Assembly (NCBI GenBank): GCA_030638455.1
Contig: DAOWEP010000023.1
Span: forward strand, 1-32,301
Reading direction: 5' to 3'
DNA length: 32,301 bases
Origin: Gammaproteobacteria bacterium
GTDB lineage: Bacteria; Pseudomonadota; Gammaproteobacteria; DAOWEP01
Part shown: piece after piece, positions 25,306 to 31,285 of the stretch
Layout: each line of letters starts with the position of its first letter
Numbering within the stretch: position 1 is the first letter of the stretch
The notes under the pieces: model-generated
Seen by the model: only the letters and a program-made list of their open reading frames with translations
Databases searched by the model: none
What the model was told of the DNA's origin: nothing
Made by a program: the position numbers and the translations under genes

Positions 25306-27549
25306 ATGGGAAATTATTCATCATTATTTACAGATGTTTCAGATGACAAAGAAGATGACTCGATAGGAAATCCTGTATTTGAAGGCTATCAAATTCTTTT
25401 TGTCGATGATGAGAAGAATGTGCTCAACTCGCTTAAACGTGTTTTTCGACAGGAAAATTATCGGATACTAACGGCTGTAGATGGAGAAGAGGCACTGGAA
25501 ATACTGGGCCGTGAAAAATGCCAGCTTATGATCTCGGATTACATGATGCCGAAGATGGATGGTGCCGAGCTCTTGCGAGAGGTTAAGAAAAACTATCCCG
25601 ACATGATACGTATTATGCTGACAGGCCACGCAGATATGAATGCTGTTCTGGCCGCGGTGAGGGATGGTGCTGTATATAAGTTTATTCTGAAGCCCTGGAA
25701 CGATGATGACATACGCGTGACTGTAGCGTTGGCACTGGAGCAATATGATTTAATACAGAATAACAAGATATTGATAAAGCAGAACAAGGAAAAGAGCGAG
25801 GAGATCAGCTCTCTGGCAAAGCTTGCCGTAACCAATCGTAGTCAGCTTGCCATTATGTTGCATAAGCGAAATCTTCTGAATGAGAAGCAGGTTCAGGAGC
25901 TGTACAAGCAGCAACAAGTCAATAAAGAGCCAATCTTTAAGATTATTCTTGAACGTGATTGGGTTAGTGAGGATAAAATACGCAATATTCTTCGTAAAGA
26001 TCTGATGGTTGAGGAAGTATCACTGGATGAAATCCAGGTAGATGCTTCAGTTGCTTCGCTAATTCCGCATAGTCTATGTAAACAACAATCAGTGTTACCG
26101 ATAAGGGAGAGTAACCGGCGCTTGACATTGGTAATGGCAGACCCGATGGATATGGGGCTAATTGATGACTTGAGTTTTACTACGGGTCTTGAGATCCAGG
26201 CCGTGATGGCTAATGTTTCAGATATAAAAAAGAAGATTGCTGAAATTTATGGACAAGATGATAGTTCTTTTACTGAAATTGAAACGCTGATTGGGCTAGC
26301 AGATCCTTTTGAAGGTATCGAAGTTCTTATTGAGGATGACGATGACATTTCTATTGAAGAATTACTTCATGGTACAGATGAGCCTCCTGCTATACGATTG
26401 GTCAACGCAATTATAATTGAGGCTATTCGTCTGCGTGCAAGCGATATTCATATTCAGCCGCGAACAAAAAGTGTAATGGTGCGCTACCGTATTGATGGTG
26501 TTTTGCATGACAAGATTCAGGTGCCACATAGCATGCACATGTCTTTGGTTGCCCGTATCAAAGTAATGGCTGAGCTGGATATTACAGAACGTCGTCGACC
26601 TCAAGACGGGCGAATAACAGTAAAAACACCCATGCGCATTGTTGACTTGAGAATTTCTTCGTTGCCTACCATTAGTGGTGAGAAGATTGTCATGCGTATA
26701 TTGGACCGAAATTCATCTGTACTAAAGATGGAACGCTTGAGTATGTCTGATATGAATCTGAAAAAAATTACTAATGTCGCATGTAGGCCACAAGGGCTTA
26801 TTCTTGCAACAGGTCCTACAGGTAGTGGCAAGACCACCACGCTTTATTCCATGTTGCAGCATGAGGCCACCCCTGAAAAGAACTATGTCACTATTGAGGA
26901 TCCTGTTGAGTATTATATGGATATGGCTGGCCAGGTAATGATAAAAGATAAAATTGGTCTGGATTTTTCGAGTGTATTGCGCGCCATTCTACGTCAGGAT
27001 CCAGATGTGATTTTATTGGGTGAGATTCGTGATTATGAAACTGCGGAGGTAGCCCTTAATGCGGCATTGACAGGGCATTTAGTATATTCAACATTGCATA
27101 CTAACTCCGGAGTGGCAACTATTGCGCGCCTGTTTGACCTGGGACTGAAGCCCTTTGTGCTAGCCTCAGCACTGGAGGCTATTATTGCACAGAGATTGGT
27201 TCGGAAAATATGTGAGGATTGCAGTGAATCGGTATCTGTAGATTCTGATGTACTGTATAAACTAGGCCCTGTTTTCCAGTCATCAAAAATTGAAACATGC
27301 AAAGGTAAAGGCTGCCCCAAGTGCAATAACACTGGTTATTCGGGCCGGGTTGCGATTTATGAAGTATTGATTCCAAGTGAAAAGATGCGCCACCTGATAT
27401 CTTCAGGTGCCAGTATTCATGAGATTACAAATCTGGTCAATGAAGAAGGCATGGTTACGCTAATTGAGGATGCCCACGATAAAGTTAGTATGGGCCTGAC
27501 TACAATAGAAGAAGTATTTCGTGTTTTAGGCCCACAAGTTATTGATTGA
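25306..27549 (+). CDS. PilB/GspE/MshE-family secretion ATPase with an N-terminal receiver: REC, T2SSE_N-like domain, AAA+ ATPase with a tetracysteine motif
   Basis: 747 aa. REC: LFVDDEKNVL, SDYMMPKMDG, YKFILKPW. Walker A GPTGSGKTTT. VTIEDPVEY. Walker B DPDVILLGEIRD. His box TGHLVYSTLHTN. CEDC..CPKC. Confidence 0.9.
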   Translation: MGNYSSLFTDVSDDKEDDSIGNPVFEGYQILFVDDEKNVLNSLKRVFRQENYRILTAVDGEEALEILGREKCQLMISDYMMPKMDGAELLREVKKNYPDMIRIMLTGHADMNAVLAAVRDGAVYKFILKPWNDDDIRVTVALALEQYDLIQNNKILIKQNKEKSEEISSLAKLAVTNRSQLAIMLHKRNLLNEKQVQELYKQQQVNKEPIFKIILERDWVSEDKIRNILRKDLMVEEVSLDEIQVDASVASLIPHSLCKQQSVLPIRESNRRLTLVMADPMDMGLIDDLSFTTGLEIQAVMANVSDIKKKIAEIYGQDDSSFTEIETLIGLADPFEGIEVLIEDDDDISIEELLHGTDEPPAIRLVNAIIIEAIRLRASDIHIQPRTKSVMVRYRIDGVLHDKIQVPHSMHMSLVARIKVMAELDITERRRPQDGRITVKTPMRIVDLRISSLPTISGEKIVMRILDRNSSVLKMERLSMSDMNLKKITNVACRPQGLILATGPTGSGKTTTLYSMLQHEATPEKNYVTIEDPVEYYMDMAGQVMIKDKIGLDFSSVLRAILRQDPDVILLGEIRDYETAEVALNAALTGHLVYSTLHTNSGVATIARLFDLGLKPFVLASALEAIIAQRLVRKICEDCSESVSVDSDVLYKLGPVFQSSKIETCKGKGCPKCNNTGYSGRVAIYEVLIPSEKMRHLISSGASIHEITNLVNEEGMVTLIEDAHDKVSMGLTTIEEVFRVLGPQVID

Positions 27550-27643
27550 AGCTTTGAGGGACATAGAAGCCCCCTGGCTTTAAGCCTCTCGCTGGAAAAC
27601 CGAAGCATATTATTGTTAACAAATATAGAAACCGGGTTAATTC

Positions 27644-27884
27644 ATGAATGAAGAACCTGTAATACTGATAGTTGATGATGTTGCGAGTAATATTCAGTTA
27701 TTGGCGCAGACAATGCCTGGTCTTATTTACCGGATATTGTCATGCCCACATGTATGGCTATGAAGTTTGTAAGCATTTAAAAATGGGTGAGAAAACCAGA
27801 AAGATACCAGTGATTATTATTACCGGGAAAGCTGATGATGGGAAGTATAGTCTAGACATAATGATAGGGAGTTCCAGGATATGA
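27644..27884 (+). pseudogene. Degraded response-regulator (REC) gene with an internal deletion and frameshifts
   Basis: The ATG at 27644 gives MNEEPVILIVDDVASNIQLLAQ and then hits a stop. The rest of a receiver (..HMYGYEVCKHLKMGEKTRKIPVIIITGKADDG) is in another frame (track ORF 27672-27884). The roughly 35 residues between the DD and the phospho-Asp segment are missing. Confidence 0.6.
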
Positions 27885-28504
27885 AACATTTAATTTTAAT
27901 ATCTATTATATTATTCATGCAGGCAAATGTATATGCAAAAGATGTGAAGGAGCTAGGTGAATATAGAGTCGCTAATGCAATACACTCTATTATCCAGTCA
28001 ACTCGGAAGATATATACATCTGAAATATCTGATAAGTTGCTCCAGGATGGAACAGGTTCACTATTAGAATATAGGCATCAGAAGGGTTTTGTACCATTGC
28101 CTGTTCAGGTAATACAACAAATAGGCAAGGATCTAAGTAAAAGTACTGGAGGAAATATTAGTATTGAATTAAAAAGTAAATATTTTGTTAACGAGAAAAA
28201 TAGATTGATAGGCAGGGAAGCAGAAGCCTGGACATACCTGGAAAAGCAACAAAATTCAGCAAAAAATTTAAAAAATATGACATGGAAACCTTACGTATAT
28301 ATCAATAATGCAGTTGATAGGGATTATCTAATATACATCGTGCCAGACCTTGCAACTGAATACGCATGTATTGCGTGCCATAAATCTCAGGAAAATACGG
28401 CTTCAGTTAAATATGCACGTGAACAGCACGGTATCACAGGCGAGCCAATTTTAAAGCTATGGCATATGCTAGGTATTCTTAAGGTAATGGTGGCGATAGA
28501 TTGA
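27881..28504 (+). CDS. Secreted DUF3365 (Tll0287-like) heme-c protein
   Basis: 207 aa. Signal peptide MKHLILISIILFMQANVYA. A single CxxCH motif (CIACH). The overall layout fits the DUF3365 family by memory. The last codons overlap an HDOD-like relic. Confidence 0.65.
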   Translation: MKHLILISIILFMQANVYAKDVKELGEYRVANAIHSIIQSTRKIYTSEISDKLLQDGTGSLLEYRHQKGFVPLPVQVIQQIGKDLSKSTGGNISIELKSKYFVNEKNRLIGREAEAWTYLEKQQNSAKNLKNMTWKPYVYINNAVDRDYLIYIVPDLATEYACIACHKSQENTASVKYAREQHGITGEPILKLWHMLGILKVMVAID

Positions 28505-28536
28505 CCCCTGTAATCAGTGGTGGCGTAATGGAAGGT
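28483..28536 (+). pseudogene. 54-nt relic of an HDOD-gene paralog
   Basis: ggtaatggtggcgatagattgacccctgtaatcagtggtggcgtaatggaaggt matches 15762-15815 of the intact HDOD gene at 50 of 54 positions (counted by hand). It encodes GNGGDRLTPVISGGVMEG; the intact gene encodes GNGGDTLIPVISSGVMED. Confidence 0.6.
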
Positions 28537-28555
28537 ATAGGTGGCGAATTCCTGA

Positions 28556-28830
28556 TCATGCGGCAATGGGTGTCTGGGAGAGTCCTCTACAGAGATCTTT
28601 CCAGGCGTAGTGGCCACTGTTCATGCAATTAAGTTTAGGTTTTTCGATTATTTCCAACGGAGTTTTTCCGTCTAAACCAGTATGAACACGAACACCATTG
28701 TAGTAATCTTTAAACGCGCCGAGTTTTTCTGTAGGTCGTGTCGATTCCAGAATAACGCCTGGTCAAGATATTCGCGACGCATAGTACCAATGAGTCGTTC
28801 GATGAACCGGTGCGATATCGGGGTATAGGG
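28556..28830 (-). mobile_element. Truncated, frameshifted 3-prime part of a DDE (rve-type) transposase gene: IS relic copy 1
   Basis: Reverse translation gives IPYTPISHRFIERLIGTMRREYLDQALFWNRHDLQ, then a frameshift in an A-run, then EKLGAFKDYYNGVRVHTGLDGKTPLEIIEKPKLNCMNSGHYAWKDLCRGLSQTPIAA and a stop. This is the typical C-terminal end of an integrase-core domain. The N-terminal two thirds are missing. Confidence 0.7.
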
Positions 28831-28880
28831 GATCGATTTTATTTAGTAACTGTTATGCATCAATCTCATGGACACAAATT

Positions 28881-29270
28881 ATGAATAAGCCGATATCTTC
28901 CTTAATGGAGAAACACGTAACAACAGTAGATGTTGACGATACTATAGACAGGATTGAGGAGTTGCTGGATTCGCACAAACTATCGTGCGTACCAGTTGTT
29001 GATTCGAAGGGAAACTGTTTTGGGGTAATTAGTTCCCCAGATATTGTGCATTTTCATGCGATACACAAAAACCTAAGAACCAAACGAGCATGGGAATTGT
29101 GTACGCACAAGATTATCGAAGTAAGCCCGGATATAGCTGTTAAGGAGGCATCCGAATTAATGGTAAAGAATAAGATCCACCACATCGTTATAGTAGATAA
29201 TGGAATCATAAGAGGCATTGTTTCATCGGTCGATATCGTAGAAGAGTACTTATTGAAACAGAATGCATAA
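28881..29270 (+). CDS. CBS-pair domain protein
   Basis: 129 aa. Two CBS repeats (VTTVDVDDTI..KLSCVPVVDSKGNCFGVIS; IIEVSPDIAV..KIHHIVIVDNGIIRGIVS). Confidence 0.8.
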   Translation: MNKPISSLMEKHVTTVDVDDTIDRIEELLDSHKLSCVPVVDSKGNCFGVISSPDIVHFHAIHKNLRTKRAWELCTHKIIEVSPDIAVKEASELMVKNKIHHIVIVDNGIIRGIVSSVDIVEEYLLKQNA

Positions 29271-29483
29271 CAAATCATCAAGCCAGATCGGCGCAAAAGA
29301 CGTGTCTCCTGGTTAGCTCCACGTGATGTTTCAAAAATGATTTCAAGACAATACTAGGCGCTCAATTACGATATCAGAAGAAATTAATTAAGAATGGATA
29401 GGGATAGAATTACGAATCGTTATTACAATTTCTAGAAAAAGACTTTATTCACCATTTACTAACCTATATGTGAGGAGAGAGTC

Positions 29484-30227
29484 ATGTCAGATAACGAACT
29501 TAAATATTATTCTGTATGGGATCGCACTACGCGCTTGTTTCACTGGATCAATGTGATTTGTATCATTGGTCTTATCAGTGTTGGGGTAGTTATACTGAAT
29601 TATAAAGTATTGGGAGTGAATAATGACGGTAAATTACTGTTAAAAACTGTTCATGTTTATTTTGGTTATGTTTTTGTGCTAAATCTAATCTGGCGATTGG
29701 TTTGGGGTTTTATTGGGAACAAATATTCTCGATGGAAGGCAATATTACCTATTGGTAAAGGATATTGGCGTTCTGTGAGTGAGTATGTTGCTGGTGCAAA
29801 AGCTGGTGAGCCACCTCAGTATTTAGGTCATAACCCCGTAGCTAAGCTCATGGTTGGGTTTCTGTTCTTGCTTCTTGTAACGCAGGCGACAACAGGTTTA
29901 GTCTTGGCAGGAACAGATTTATATCTGCCACCGTTTGGTCATGAAATCGCGGAATGGGTAACAGGCTCAGGTGAGGAGCATGATAAAATTAAAAATCTTA
30001 AGCCCGGCTCCAAAGATGATGTGGATTCGGAAGCGTATGCTGAAATGCGTAAATTCAGAAAGCCCTTTATTACAACGCATGTTTATTCGTTTTATGTGCT
30101 CCTTATTTCAATTGTTTTACATATAGCAGCTGTTGTTTTGATAGAAGTGAGGGAAAAGAATGGGGTTGTATCTGCAATGTTTACCGGAAATAAGGTTGTA
30201 TCCAAAAAGCCTGTAGATCTAAATTAA
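29484..30227 (+). CDS. Membrane b-type cytochrome (Ni/Fe-hydrogenase cytochrome b / cytochrome b561 family)
   Basis: 247 aa with four TM helices. Conserved His positions are RLFHWINV, TVHVYFGY, GHNPVAK and VLHIAAV. Confidence 0.75.
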   Translation: MSDNELKYYSVWDRTTRLFHWINVICIIGLISVGVVILNYKVLGVNNDGKLLLKTVHVYFGYVFVLNLIWRLVWGFIGNKYSRWKAILPIGKGYWRSVSEYVAGAKAGEPPQYLGHNPVAKLMVGFLFLLLVTQATTGLVLAGTDLYLPPFGHEIAEWVTGSGEEHDKIKNLKPGSKDDVDSEAYAEMRKFRKPFITTHVYSFYVLLISIVLHIAAVVLIEVREKNGVVSAMFTGNKVVSKKPVDLN

Positions 30228-30460
30228 AGTAGCACCTTGAGTAATATAGGAAAGTGATACGGTCATTTAATTAGAGGGTATAGCTATAATTGTAGGCTAG
30301 GTAGTTTTAGCGGGGGTGGAAGACCCCTTCCATTATTTTTGTGATTCTTGAGAAGAAGTTCTGTATGCTCGACTAATGATGCTGTTCGGAAGAATCTTAG
30401 GAGCATCTGATCAAGTTATGAACTATTGCTGTCTTATTGATAACATGCGCGGATGTTAAA

Positions 30461-30883
30461 ATGACTGAATCAGTTGATCAATCAACCCTAATTAAAGACA
30501 TTATGACTTCACATGTCCTAAGTGTGACGTTAAACCAAACAGTTTATCACGTATTGAAACTAGCAAAAGAGAAAAATGTAACTGGATTTCCTGTCATTGA
30601 TATTGACCGCAAGGTTATCGGCGTTGTTTCAACACTTGATTTAATCACAGAGGTAGCGGCAGGTAAGCTACATTTAAAACTAGGAGAATTACCATTAGTT
30701 ATTAAAGTCGAAAAAGATGTAATTAGACTTAGCCCAGATACTCCTGTAAAAAAAGCTCTACTATCTTTAATTAAGAATCGTGTTGGTCGAATTATTATCA
30801 CTGATAAAGATAACAAGCTGTGCGGTATCGTTAGTCGGAAAGATCTAATAAACTTTTTCATTGATATAAATAAACTGGGATAA
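30461..30883 (+). CDS. CBS-pair domain protein
   Basis: The track start 30437 is TTG; the ATG at 30461 (MTESVDQSTLIKDIMTSHV) is preferred. Two CBS repeats are present (VTGFPVIDIDRKVIGVVS; RVGRIIITDKDNKLCGIVS). Confidence 0.8.
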   Translation: MTESVDQSTLIKDIMTSHVLSVTLNQTVYHVLKLAKEKNVTGFPVIDIDRKVIGVVSTLDLITEVAAGKLHLKLGELPLVIKVEKDVIRLSPDTPVKKALLSLIKNRVGRIIITDKDNKLCGIVSRKDLINFFIDINKLG

Positions 30884-30930
30884 GGTTCCAGTCATTCCTG
30901 GTATATCGTCTGTGCATGGCGAATTATTAA

Positions 30931-31084
30931 TTACGCTGCAACCGGCATCTGAAAGAGTCCTTTACAGTGATCTTTCCAGGTGTAGTGGCCACTGTTCACA
31001 CAGTTAAGTTTAGGTTTTTCGATTATTTTCAGCAGAGTTTTTCCGCCTAAATCGGCATGAACACGATAACCGTTGTAGTAGTCA
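30931..31084 (-). mobile_element. Truncated 3-prime end of the same transposase family: IS relic copy 2
   Basis: The reverse strand encodes DYYNGYRVHADLGGKTLLKIIEKPKLNCVNSGHYTWKDHCKGLFQMPVAA and a stop. At the nucleotide level it aligns with 28556-28710 in the same orientation. Upstream it abuts a pilB-like relic abruptly. Confidence 0.7.
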
Positions 31085-31222
31085 TTATCTGGTGCCAGTA
31101 TTCGCGAGATTACATATCTGACCAATGAAGAAGACATAGTTACGCTAACTGATAATGTTAGTAAGGGCCTGGCCACGATAGATGAAGTGTTTCGTGTTCT
31201 GGGGCCACAAGTTGTCGATTAG
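31085..31222 (+). pseudogene. Relic of the last ~43 codons of a pilB/gspE-like paralog
   Basis: It encodes GASIREITYLTNEEDIVTLTDNVSKGLATIDEVFRVLGPQVVD and a stop. The intact gene at 27406-27549 ends GASIHEITNLVNEEGMVTLIEDAHDKVSMGLTTIEEVFRVLGPQVID and a stop. Nucleotide identity is roughly 80% by eye, with one 9-nt gap. Confidence 0.7.
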
Positions 31223-31285
31223 GTATTTCTTGTAACTTGTGGGGGCTTTTTTGTTTTGGGTAGCGCCCTGGTTACCGGTAATAAA

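Noticed and set aside
27672-27884. 70-aa track ORF as an independent gene
   Set aside because: Its C-terminal two thirds are the distal half of a receiver domain whose N-terminal half is in another frame starting at 27644. It is better explained as a pseudogene fragment.
30270-30335. Rho-independent terminator after the cytochrome b gene (ggaag acccc ttcc followed by attattttt)
   Set aside because: The stem is only about 5 bp and alternative pairings exist. This is too weak to annotate.
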